Positions 47,418 to 55,906 of a stretch of DNA of 64,000 bases are shown piece by piece. A program made the position numbers and the translations under genes. The notes under the pieces were generated by a model. It did no database searches, was not told the origin of the DNA, and saw only the letters and a program-made list of their open reading frames with translations. Location: assembly GCA_001824255.1 (NCBI GenBank), contig MHWQ01000002.1:393572-457571 (forward strand), in the 5' to 3' direction. The DNA comes from Candidatus Zambryskibacteria bacterium RIFCSPLOWO2_02_FULL_51_21. GTDB lineage: Bacteria; Patescibacteriota; Minisyncoccia; Phycocordibacterales; Zambryskibacteraceae. The first letter of the stretch is position 1, and every line of letters begins with the position of its first letter.

Positions 47418-48320
47418 TTACTCCGTTACCGGGAACTTGATTCCCGGATTTGGGTTGTAATCCTCAATCGCGAAGTGTTCCGGCCGGAAGGCGAGGATGT
47501 CCTTCACCGAAGGATCGATAATCCGCATGGTTGGAAACGCCTTCGGTTCGCGCCCCAAGAGTTCCTCCACCTTCTCGAGCTGGTTCTCGTAGATCTGAGC
47601 GTCGAGGAAATAGTGGACATATCGATGGGGCTTGATGCCGAGTACTTGTGCAACCATAAGAAGGAGCGCAGCGTACTGGATGATGTTCGACACGACGCCT
47701 ACCGGCATGTCGGCAGAACGCTGAACATGCTGGAGGGTAAGCCTGCCGTCGATAATCGTGAACTTGAGGAAGTTGCCATGGCAGGGTGCCACAACCACCT
47801 TCCTCTGAAGCCCGGAGTGCTGAAGCGCGCCGAAGGGAATCCAGGAAGTCACGCAGTGTGTGCTCAGACTCGGGCTCTCCTTCATCCCGCGCACCACATT
47901 GACGAACTGATTGAAGTGGCCGCCATCCGGCATGGGAAACTTGCCGTAGGCGCCGCCGTAGGATGCCCAGCCGAGGTCTCCTGGCTCAAGCCCGAAGATT
48001 GCGCACTTCTCCGCCGTGGTCCATGTGTCCCACCACGGGCAGCCGAATTCGTGAAGTTCCGCGTTTGTTGTCGCTCCGTTCATGAACGCCACAAGTTCGG
48101 CAATCGCCGTCTTCCAGAACGGAATGTTGCGCTCGGTGAGCACGGGGAAGCCGTTCGACAGGTCGTAGACCAGAGGGGGAAGGGACAGATGGGTGATGCG
48201 ACCCATTCCTTTCTGGTATGGGTGTTCGACCCGCTCTCCTTCGTCTCGAATCATCCGAATCAGATTCAGATACTGCCGGTCGGGAGTCCTTTCCGCGTAG
48301 GGCTTGTAGGCTGGTTGCAT
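47418..48320 (-). CDS. thyA: Divergent thymidylate synthase (ThyA family)
   Basis: APCH, QRSAD...G...N, D..IY, GFP.LT; start set at MQPAY with AAGGA SD. Confidence 0.85.
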   Translation of the reverse strand: MQPAYKPYAERTPDRQYLNLIRMIRDEGERVEHPYQKGMGRITHLSLPPLVYDLSNGFPVLTERNIPFWKTAIAELVAFMNGATTNAELHEFGCPWWDTWTTAEKCAIFGLEPGDLGWASYGGAYGKFPMPDGGHFNQFVNVVRGMKESPSLSTHCVTSWIPFGALQHSGLQRKVVVAPCHGNFLKFTIIDGRLTLQHVQRSADMPVGVVSNIIQYAALLLMVAQVLGIKPHRYVHYFLDAQIYENQLEKVEELLGREPKAFPTMRIIDPSVKDILAFRPEHFAIEDYNPNPGIKFPVTE

Positions 48321-48390
48321 TTTGCTATCCTTTGTTGATGCCAATGTCCTGTTCCGCTGGTAATATAGCATATGATAAGGCCTTAACTAG

Positions 48391-49608
48391 ATGAAAGACA
48401 AGGAAATACAAAAACTAATAGAAAAGGAGACTGCGCGGCAGAAAAAGGTCATCAACCTCATCCCTTCGGAAAATTATGTTTCGAAGGATGTGCTGACCGC
48501 CCTGGGTTCCATCTTCGACAACAAATACGCCGAGGGCTATCCGAAGAAAAGATACTACGGCGGCAACACCTTCACCGACGAGCTGGAAATTCTCTGCCAG
48601 AACAGGGCGCGCAAAGCGTTTGGACTATCTGATAAACTCTGGCACGTCAACGTCCAACCCCACTCCGGCTCTCCGGCGAACCTCTCGGTCTATCTAGCGC
48701 TGGTCCCACCGGGCGGGAAGATTATGGGCATGACGCTTACCGCGGGGGGCCACCTCACCCACGGGCAGAAAGTTTCCATAACGGGGAAGATGTGGAACCA
48801 AGTGCCTTACGGCGTGGACCCGAAGACGGAGAAGCTTGATTATCTAGCGCTCAAAAAACTGGCCAGGAAAGAAAAGCCGAATCTTATTGTCGCCGGCTTC
48901 ACCGCTTATCCGCGCGCGGTTGATTTTAAAAAATTCAGGGAGATTGCCGATAGTGTGCGCCTGCCTGCCGGCAGGCAGGGGGCGTTCCTCATGGTCGATA
49001 TGTCTCATGTGGCGGGGCTTGTCGCTGGTAAGGCCTACAACTCGCCCTTCCTGTACGCCGATGTTGTCACTACAACCACGCACAAGACTCTCCGGGGTCC
49101 GAGAAGCGCAATTATTTTCTCCAGGAAGGGCAAAAAACTTGGCGATAAAGAAATTTGCGTGCTTATAGACAAAGCCATTTTCCCCGGTCTTCAAGGCGGG
49201 CCTCACATGGGGCAGATTGCGGGCGTGGCAGTGTGCTTGAAAGAGGCCGCAGCTCCGGCTTTCAAGAAATACGCCAAGCAAGTGGTGAAGAATTGCCAAG
49301 CTTTGGCAAAAGAGCTCGGGAAACTCGGCTGGAGGATTGTCTCCGGCGGTACAGAGTCGAACCTTCTCCTCGTTGATACCTGGATGAGTGGCAAGGGATT
49401 GCCTGGCAAAGAGGCGGAAGCGAAGCTTGAGAAGGCCGGAATTATCGTCAACAAGAACACCATCCCCGGCGAGACGCGCTCACCCTTTGACCCCTCGGGA
49501 ATCCGTCTGGGAGCAGGGGCGGAAACCACTCGCGGCAGGAAGGAGAAAGATATGATAAAGATTGCCCGAAAAATTGATACAATATTGAGGAATGGAACTA
49601 AGGGTTAA
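48391..49608 (+). CDS. glyA: Serine hydroxymethyltransferase
   Basis: LIPSEN, KYAEGYP.KRYYGG, GGHLTHG, TTTHKTLRGPR, FPGLQGGP. Confidence 0.97.
   Translation: MKDKEIQKLIEKETARQKKVINLIPSENYVSKDVLTALGSIFDNKYAEGYPKKRYYGGNTFTDELEILCQNRARKAFGLSDKLWHVNVQPHSGSPANLSVYLALVPPGGKIMGMTLTAGGHLTHGQKVSITGKMWNQVPYGVDPKTEKLDYLALKKLARKEKPNLIVAGFTAYPRAVDFKKFREIADSVRLPAGRQGAFLMVDMSHVAGLVAGKAYNSPFLYADVVTTTTHKTLRGPRSAIIFSRKGKKLGDKEICVLIDKAIFPGLQGGPHMGQIAGVAVCLKEAAAPAFKKYAKQVVKNCQALAKELGKLGWRIVSGGTESNLLLVDTWMSGKGLPGKEAEAKLEKAGIIVNKNTIPGETRSPFDPSGIRLGAGAETTRGRKEKDMIKIARKIDTILRNGTKG
48960..48979. repeat. Perfect 20-bp palindrome in-frame within glyA
   Basis: CCTGCCTGCCGGCAGGCAGG, encodes LPAGRQ. Confidence 0.9.
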
Positions 49609-50014
49609 AAAAGCGGATCCAGAGGCCAAATTACCGGCTTACGCTCACTCAAACGATGCTGGAATGGATTTGTACTCTCTTGAGGAGGTCGAAGTGCCGC
49701 CTGGAGAATCCAGAAGAATCAGAAGCGGAGTGACTATGGAAATTCCTGAGGGTTATGTGGGTCTCTGCTGGGACAAAAGCGGGCTCTCGATGAATCATGG
49801 CATCAAAGTTCTGGCGGGGGTAATTGATTCCGGATTCAGAGGGGAATTGGTCATGGCGGTCATAAATCTTGGCAAAGAGGCATACACTTTCAAGAAAGGC
49901 GACAAGGTCATGCAGATGCTCATGCAGAAGGTAGAGCAAGTTGAAATTACTGAAGTAAATGAATTATCGGATAGCGCGAGAGGAGAAAAAGGTTTCGGCA
50001 GCACAGGAAAATGA
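49592..50014 (+). CDS. dut: Trimeric dUTPase
   Basis: AGMDL, KSGLS, GVIDSG.RGE, GD...Q, RG.KGFGSTG. Confidence 0.96.
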   Translation: MELRVKKADPEAKLPAYAHSNDAGMDLYSLEEVEVPPGESRRIRSGVTMEIPEGYVGLCWDKSGLSMNHGIKVLAGVIDSGFRGELVMAVINLGKEAYTFKKGDKVMQMLMQKVEQVEITEVNELSDSARGEKGFGSTGK

Positions 50015-51549
50015 TTAAAAAAGATATTGAAAAAATTCTCGGAAGGGAGATAAACTTGGTTCATCCCAAGGATTTTCGAAACGGCGATTATACCTTGATT
50101 GCCGATGAGAAGACGGCGCAAGAAGATTTCGAAAGGCTGGAGAATAATAAGCCGGAATGCATTTCAAAAATAGAATTCATCAAGCCGAGATTCATCAATA
50201 TCTATCTATCCAAAGAATTTTTCGCAGAAAGCCTGAAAGAGATTGTAGAAAAAGGCGAGAATTTTGGTCGAAGCGAACACGCCAGGGGATTCAAGGTGAT
50301 GGTTGAGCATACTCAGCCGAATCCTTTCAAGCAATTCCACATCGGCCACATGATGAACAATGCTATCGGCGAAGCGGTGGCAAGAATCATCAAATGGAAC
50401 GGCGCTGAGGTAAAGACGGCAAGTTACCATGGCGACATAGGCATGCATGTGGCCAAGGCGCTCTGGAAAGGGGATTATGCTCTGGGCTCAAAAGCTTTTG
50501 AAGAAGATGCGCAAGCCAAGGCTGAAATACAAGAGCTTAATAAAAAAATTTACGATAAATCAGATCCGGCACTAAACAAGAAATACGAAGAAGGCCGCAA
50601 GAAATCGCTTGAAGAATTTGGCCAGATTTATGAAAGATTAGGCAGTAAATTCGATTTTAATTTTTTCGAAAGCGAGGCTGCTCCTGTAGGCAAGGAGATT
50701 GTGCTTGAAAATATGCAAAACCTGCCTGCCGGTAGGCAGGTATTTGAAGAAAGCGAAGGAGCAACTGTCTTTAAGGGCGAGAAATACGGGCTTCACACCA
50801 GAGTTTTCCTCAATTCCGACAAAATTCCAACGTATGAAGCCAAGGAAGTTGGTTTGGCGAAAATTAAGAAGGAGAAATACGCCTTCGACCAATCAGTGAC
50901 AATTACGGCCAACGAACAAGATGCGTTTTTCTACGTCGTCGAGGCGGCCATAGGCGAAGTATTCCTGGAACTTAAGGGTAAGCTGAAGCACTTATCGCAC
51001 GGCATGCTGCGCCTGCCCTCCGGCAAAATGTCTTCGAGGACGGGAGATGTCATCACCGCCGAAGCTTTGATTGAGGAAGTTAAGACAAGAACCAAGGGCG
51101 ATGAGCAAGTGGCCATAGCCGCTATAAAATATATGATTCTTCGCCAGTCGATAGGCAATGACATCGTCTTCGATTTCGAAAAGTCCGTTTCGACCGAAGG
51201 AGATTCCGGAGTTTATCTCCAGTACGCGCATGCCAGAGCCAATTCAATACTCGAGAAGGCGGGCAGGAAGGGGAACGCGACAGGCGAAAGCGGAGAAACA
51301 AGAGAAATAGAAAGAATGCTTTATCGCTTCCCGGAAATTGTCGAGAGAGCGGGCAAGGAATACGCGCCGAACTATATTACTACATACCTTACCGAGCTTG
51401 CCTCGAGCTTCAACAACTTCTACGCGCACGAACAAGTTATCTCGGATGAGCCGGAGTCGGCCTACCGCCTGGCTATCGTCGAAGCTTTCTCAATCGTGAT
51501 GAAGAATGGTCTCAATATTCTTGGTATTGCGGCGCCTGAGAAGATGTAA
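50011..51549 (+). CDS. argS: Arginine--tRNA ligase
   Basis: PNP.K..HIGH, KMSSRTG, YLQYAHAR.NSI, LGI.APEKM. Confidence 0.95.
   Translation: MIKKDIEKILGREINLVHPKDFRNGDYTLIADEKTAQEDFERLENNKPECISKIEFIKPRFINIYLSKEFFAESLKEIVEKGENFGRSEHARGFKVMVEHTQPNPFKQFHIGHMMNNAIGEAVARIIKWNGAEVKTASYHGDIGMHVAKALWKGDYALGSKAFEEDAQAKAEIQELNKKIYDKSDPALNKKYEEGRKKSLEEFGQIYERLGSKFDFNFFESEAAPVGKEIVLENMQNLPAGRQVFEESEGATVFKGEKYGLHTRVFLNSDKIPTYEAKEVGLAKIKKEKYAFDQSVTITANEQDAFFYVVEAAIGEVFLELKGKLKHLSHGMLRLPSGKMSSRTGDVITAEALIEEVKTRTKGDEQVAIAAIKYMILRQSIGNDIVFDFEKSVSTEGDSGVYLQYAHARANSILEKAGRKGNATGESGETREIERMLYRFPEIVERAGKEYAPNYITTYLTELASSFNNFYAHEQVISDEPESAYRLAIVEAFSIVMKNGLNILGIAAPEKM
50721..50740. repeat. 20-bp palindrome (one mismatch) in-frame within argS
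   Basis: CCTGCCTGCCGGTAGGCAGG, encodes LPAGRQ. Confidence 0.9.
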
Positions 51550-51590
51550 TAGGGTATTTGGTAGACCACAGACTTCCAAAGGAGACATAG

Positions 51591-52148
51591 GTGATATTCA
51601 TCATTTCCGGCCCGTCCGGAGTGGGTAAAACGAGCATTGACAACGCGCTCCAGGTTCTGAGGCCCTCCTTTCACCGCCCGGTCTCATGCACCACGCGCTC
51701 CCGCAAAAGAGGTGAAGTCAATGGCAAGGACTATCACTTCTTGTCGAGAGACAACTTCGTGCAGATGATAGAGAAGGGTCTCTTCGCCGAGTATGCCGAG
51801 GTGTATGGCAACTTCTACGGCACACTCGGAATTGACCTCATGTTGAGAGGCTGTGATGCCGTCATCGTTCTGGTGATTGACGTGCAAGGCATGAGACAGG
51901 TCAAAGCCAAACACAAGAACGTCGTCTCAATCTTCATCCTACCCCCCACCTTTGAGGCGCTTGAGGCCCGCATCCGCGAACGCAGCAGAGAAGAGACGGA
52001 AGAAGAGATTGCCACGTGGCTCGAAACCGCCCGGCAAGAACTCTCTTGCGCCAGCGAGTACAGTCATCAGATTGTGAACGACGATTTGATGACCACCGTG
52101 CGGGCTATCCTTGATGTTCTCGACGGGAAGGATTCTATCGCTTTGTGA
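51591..52148 (+). CDS. gmk: Guanylate kinase
   Basis: SGPSGVGKT, S.TTR..R.GEVNGKDYHF, EYA.VYGN.YGT, IDVQG. Confidence 0.93.
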   Translation: MIFIISGPSGVGKTSIDNALQVLRPSFHRPVSCTTRSRKRGEVNGKDYHFLSRDNFVQMIEKGLFAEYAEVYGNFYGTLGIDLMLRGCDAVIVLVIDVQGMRQVKAKHKNVVSIFILPPTFEALEARIRERSREETEEEIATWLETARQELSCASEYSHQIVNDDLMTTVRAILDVLDGKDSIAL

Positions 52149-52159
52149 ACCGTTGTTCG

Positions 52160-52194
52160 GGCGCGCGCTCTACGGAGCGCGCGCCTTTTGTTTT
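52160..52194 (+). terminator. Intrinsic terminator after gmk
   Basis: GGCGCGCGCTC-TACG-GAGCGCGCGCC then TTTTGTTTT. Confidence 0.88.
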
Positions 52195-52230
52195 GGAAAG
52201 GTCTCTTAAAGTGCTAAAATTAGCCAATCT

Positions 52231-55200
52231 ATGACTGGAAAGTCCGACAGAGCCAAGAAGGAGGAGGAAATCCTCAAATTCTGGCAAGACAACAAGATTT
52301 TCGAAAAAAGCCTGGAGAAAGACGCTCCGAAAGGCGAATTCGTGTTCTACGACGGACCGCCCTTCGCCACAGGCCTGCCTCATTACGGGCATATTCTTCC
52401 CGGCACCATCAAGGACGTTATCCCGCGCTACAAGACCATGAGGGGCTTCCGAGTGCCGCGTCGCTGGGGCTGGGATTGCCATGGTTTGCCCATAGAGAAT
52501 CTGGTCGAGAAGGAGCTTGGCCTTGAAACAAAGAAGGATATAGAGAAATTCGGCATTGCTGAATTCAACGAGCGGGCCAAGGCGAGCGTCTTGCGCTACG
52601 AGAGCGAATGGAAAGAGATTATACCGCGCACCGGACGATGGATAGATATGGACAACCCGTACAAGTCGATGGATGCGAGCTACACGCAGTCAGTCTGGTG
52701 GTCCTTCAAGAATCTTTTCGACAAAGGGCTTATTTACCAAGGGTTTAAGTCCATGCACCTTTGCCCACGCTGCGAGACCACACTCTCGAATTTCGAGGTG
52801 AATCAGGGCTACAAAGATATTACCGATATTTCCGTCACCGTAGAGTTTCCGCTCATCGATGAACCGAACAAATTCATTCTCGCCTGGACCACCACACCCT
52901 GGACTTTACCGGGCAACGCCGCCTTGGCGATAAATCCGGAGCTCCAATATGTAGAGACGGAAGGGGAAGTGCCGGGCCATATCTATATCGTTGCGAAATC
53001 GAGAGTCGAAAAAGTTTTTGGCGGCAAATATAAGATTTTGCGCGAATTCTCCGGCAAGGAATTGATTGGAAAGAAATATAAAACACTTTTTGATTATTAC
53101 CAGACCGAGGGCCTGGTATATGGGGCCGAGTTTGTCCAGGCGGAAGAGGGAACCGGCATAGTGCATATCGCTCCGGCATTCGGCGAGGAAGACTACGAGC
53201 TCTCGCTCAAGGAGAAAATTCCCTTCATCCAGCACATCGGCACCGATGGCCGCTTCAAGCCGGAGGTGAGAGATTTTGCCGGTGAGCCGGTCAAGCCCAA
53301 GGATGACCACCAGCGCACGGATATTCTCATCATCAAGCACCTGGCCGCGAAAGGGCTCCTATTCTCGAAAGAAAAAATTATTCACAGCTACCCGCATTGC
53401 TGGCGATGCGATACGCCCCTTTTGAACTACGCTTCCTCCTCGTGGTTTGTGAAGGTAGCCGATATCAAGGATAAACTTGTCGCCAATAATCAAAAGGTTA
53501 AGTGGGTGCCGGAAGATATACGCGACGGGCGCTTCGGCAAGTGGCTCGAGGGCGCGCGTGACTGGGCTATTTCGCGCTCGCGCTTCTGGGGGACGACCTT
53601 GCCCGTCTGGCAGACTGCCGACGAAAAGAAGGAAATTGTCATAGATTCTGTCGAGACTCTTAAGAAGCACGCGAAAAAATCCGGCAACAGGTATTTTCTC
53701 ATGCGGCACGCAGAAGCAATCGACAATGCCAAGCACGTGCTCGACCCAAAGGGTGATCCGAATAATCACCTAACCGAAAAAGGCAGGGAAGAGGCTCTTG
53801 CCTCGGCCCGGGAACTCAAGGGGAGAAAAATAGACGCAATCATCACGTCGCCCTTCCTCCGCACGCGCGAGACAGCGGAGATAGTCAGGAAGGAACTCGG
53901 CTTTCCTGAAGGTTCTGTCGTCGTGGATGACCGTTTGCACGAATACAACGAGCCGGACGTGGATTTTGTGCGCCGCCGCGCGGGGGAATTTATCTTCGAA
54001 ACGGAAAAGCGCTACGCCGGCAAGAATATTCTTATCCTTTCTCACGGCAATCCGTTGTGGGTTTTGGAGAAAATCGTCTCGCACCAGCCAAGCAATGATT
54101 TTTCGAGCAAGGTAATTATGAATACTGCGGAAGTCAGAGAGTTGGAATTTGTTCCGTTCCCTCACAACAAAAACTTCGAGCTAGACCTGCATAGGCCGTA
54201 TATAGATGAAATCGTGCTGGAAAAAGACGGGGAAGAATACCGCCGCGTGCCGGAGGTGTTCGATACCTGGTATGACTCGGGCTCGGTGCCCTTCGCCTCG
54301 CGCGCGGCTTTTGATTCCCGGCCTGCCGACTTTATCGCCGAAGGGCTGGACCAGACTCGCGGCTGGTTCTACACCATGGCCGTTCTTGGCACGGCTCTGT
54401 TCAACGAGATACCATATCGGCAGGTGGTGGTAAACGGCCTGGTCCTCGCCGAAGACGGCAAGAAGATGTCCAAACGGCTCAAGAATTATCCGGAGCTTAC
54501 CGATGTTCTCGATAAATACGGCGCCGATGCCTTGCGCTATTACCTCATGTCTTCGCAGGCGGTACGCGCTGAGGACATTGCCTTTTCTGAGAAGAGTTTG
54601 GATGAAGTAATGAAGAAAAACATTTCCCGTCTCGAAAATGTCGTGGGGTTCTATGAACTTTATGCCAAAGAGAGTGCACCTCTTCAAGATTTACCCCAAC
54701 ACATACTGGATAAATGGATTGATTTGAAACTTAATAATCTGGTTAGAAGCATTACGGACGGTCTTGAAAGATACGAGATAGACCGCGCTAGCCGCCCCAT
54801 CGCCGATTTTATCGATGACCTTTCCACCTGGTACCTGCGGCGTTCCCGCACTCGTCCCGAAGCGCTTCCAAAACTTAGGGAAATACTGATTGAGTTTTCG
54901 AAACTCATGGCCCCCTTCATGCCGTTTATGGCTGAGGATATTTATCAGAGACTCAAGGCGGACGGCGGGAAAGAAAGCGTCCATCTTGAGGCTTGGCCTA
55001 TCCCTCCTCCTGCCAAGGGGGAGAAGGAGGGGGTCTTGGATAATATGTCAGAAACCAGAAGAATCGTGACGCTCGCGCTTGAAGCGCGGCAGAAGGCCAA
55101 TATCAAGGTGAGGCAACCTCTGGCGAGGCTCGAGATAAGAACCGACGCGCTTTCTCCGGAATATCTCGAAATAATAAAAGATGAATTGAATGTGAAAAAA

Positions 55201-55437
55201 GTTGAAATCAATAATGCCCTTGAGAGCGACGTGCTTCTCGATACCAATCTCACGCCGGAACTTATAGAAGAGGGGAAGGTGCGCGATGCTATCCGCGTGG
55301 TTCAGGATTGGCGCAAAGAAAAGGGATTAAAACCGGGGGAAAAAGCAACTTACCCGACAGATGACGAATCTATCCTAAAGCACAAAGAAGAAATAGAGAA
55401 AGCCACAAACGTTGAGTTATCACATTTACACAACTAA
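52231..55437 (+). CDS. ileS: Isoleucine--tRNA ligase (IleRS2 type) with inserted histidine-phosphatase domain
   Basis: DGPPFATGLPHYGH, GWDCHGLP, WTTTPWTLP, DWAISRSRFWG, KMSKR. Confidence 0.96.
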   Translation: MTGKSDRAKKEEEILKFWQDNKIFEKSLEKDAPKGEFVFYDGPPFATGLPHYGHILPGTIKDVIPRYKTMRGFRVPRRWGWDCHGLPIENLVEKELGLETKKDIEKFGIAEFNERAKASVLRYESEWKEIIPRTGRWIDMDNPYKSMDASYTQSVWWSFKNLFDKGLIYQGFKSMHLCPRCETTLSNFEVNQGYKDITDISVTVEFPLIDEPNKFILAWTTTPWTLPGNAALAINPELQYVETEGEVPGHIYIVAKSRVEKVFGGKYKILREFSGKELIGKKYKTLFDYYQTEGLVYGAEFVQAEEGTGIVHIAPAFGEEDYELSLKEKIPFIQHIGTDGRFKPEVRDFAGEPVKPKDDHQRTDILIIKHLAAKGLLFSKEKIIHSYPHCWRCDTPLLNYASSSWFVKVADIKDKLVANNQKVKWVPEDIRDGRFGKWLEGARDWAISRSRFWGTTLPVWQTADEKKEIVIDSVETLKKHAKKSGNRYFLMRHAEAIDNAKHVLDPKGDPNNHLTEKGREEALASARELKGRKIDAIITSPFLRTRETAEIVRKELGFPEGSVVVDDRLHEYNEPDVDFVRRRAGEFIFETEKRYAGKNILILSHGNPLWVLEKIVSHQPSNDFSSKVIMNTAEVRELEFVPFPHNKNFELDLHRPYIDEIVLEKDGEEYRRVPEVFDTWYDSGSVPFASRAAFDSRPADFIAEGLDQTRGWFYTMAVLGTALFNEIPYRQVVVNGLVLAEDGKKMSKRLKNYPELTDVLDKYGADALRYYLMSSQAVRAEDIAFSEKSLDEVMKKNISRLENVVGFYELYAKESAPLQDLPQHILDKWIDLKLNNLVRSITDGLERYEIDRASRPIADFIDDLSTWYLRRSRTRPEALPKLREILIEFSKLMAPFMPFMAEDIYQRLKADGGKESVHLEAWPIPPPAKGEKEGVLDNMSETRRIVTLALEARQKANIKVRQPLARLEIRTDALSPEYLEIIKDELNVKKVEINNALESDVLLDTNLTPELIEEGKVRDAIRVVQDWRKEKGLKPGEKATYPTDDESILKHKEEIEKATNVELSHLHN

Positions 55438-55876
55438 AGGAATTATCCTCTCGGCGCAGGCGAAAGGGGAGGCTGACCGGCTTTACTCCATTCTCACCAG
55501 AGATTTCGGACTCATACGGGCGCACGCTATTGGCGTGAGGAAGAGCGCTTCGAAACTCCGCGGAGCGCTCGAGCCGGTGTCTCTCTCGAGCGTTTCTCTC
55601 GTCCGCGGCAAGGAATACTGGCGACTGACTTCGGCCGAAGTTATAAAGAGGTTTAAGAAATCAAAGCCGCTTTTCCTCCTCGAACAGCTTGTTGCCGGCG
55701 AAGCAACGCATCCCGAGCTCTTCGATGCGGTAGAAAAATATTTAGAATTAGACGAAACAACCCTAGTCGCGCAAATTCTCTTCCACCTCGGCTATCTCAA
55801 GAAGTCCGACCTCAATTTACCTGAAAAAGAGCTGATTAAAGCGATTAACGCCGGCCTTGAAGCCAGCATGTTATAA
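55412..55876 (+). CDS. recO: Short RecO-like protein (N-terminal OB domain)
   Basis: GIIL.....GEADR...ILT..FGL....A.GVRK..SKL...LEP; TTG start. Confidence 0.8.
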   Translation: MSYHIYTTKGIILSAQAKGEADRLYSILTRDFGLIRAHAIGVRKSASKLRGALEPVSLSSVSLVRGKEYWRLTSAEVIKRFKKSKPLFLLEQLVAGEATHPELFDAVEKYLELDETTLVAQILFHLGYLKKSDLNLPEKELIKAINAGLEASML

Positions 55877-55906
55877 TAAAAGGTCGGTTTGTCCGTCAAA
55901 ATCTCT

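Noticed and set aside
47148-48338. 396-aa ORF on + strand
   Set aside because: Antisense shadow of thyA-folA; no recognisable motifs; expected in GC-rich coding DNA
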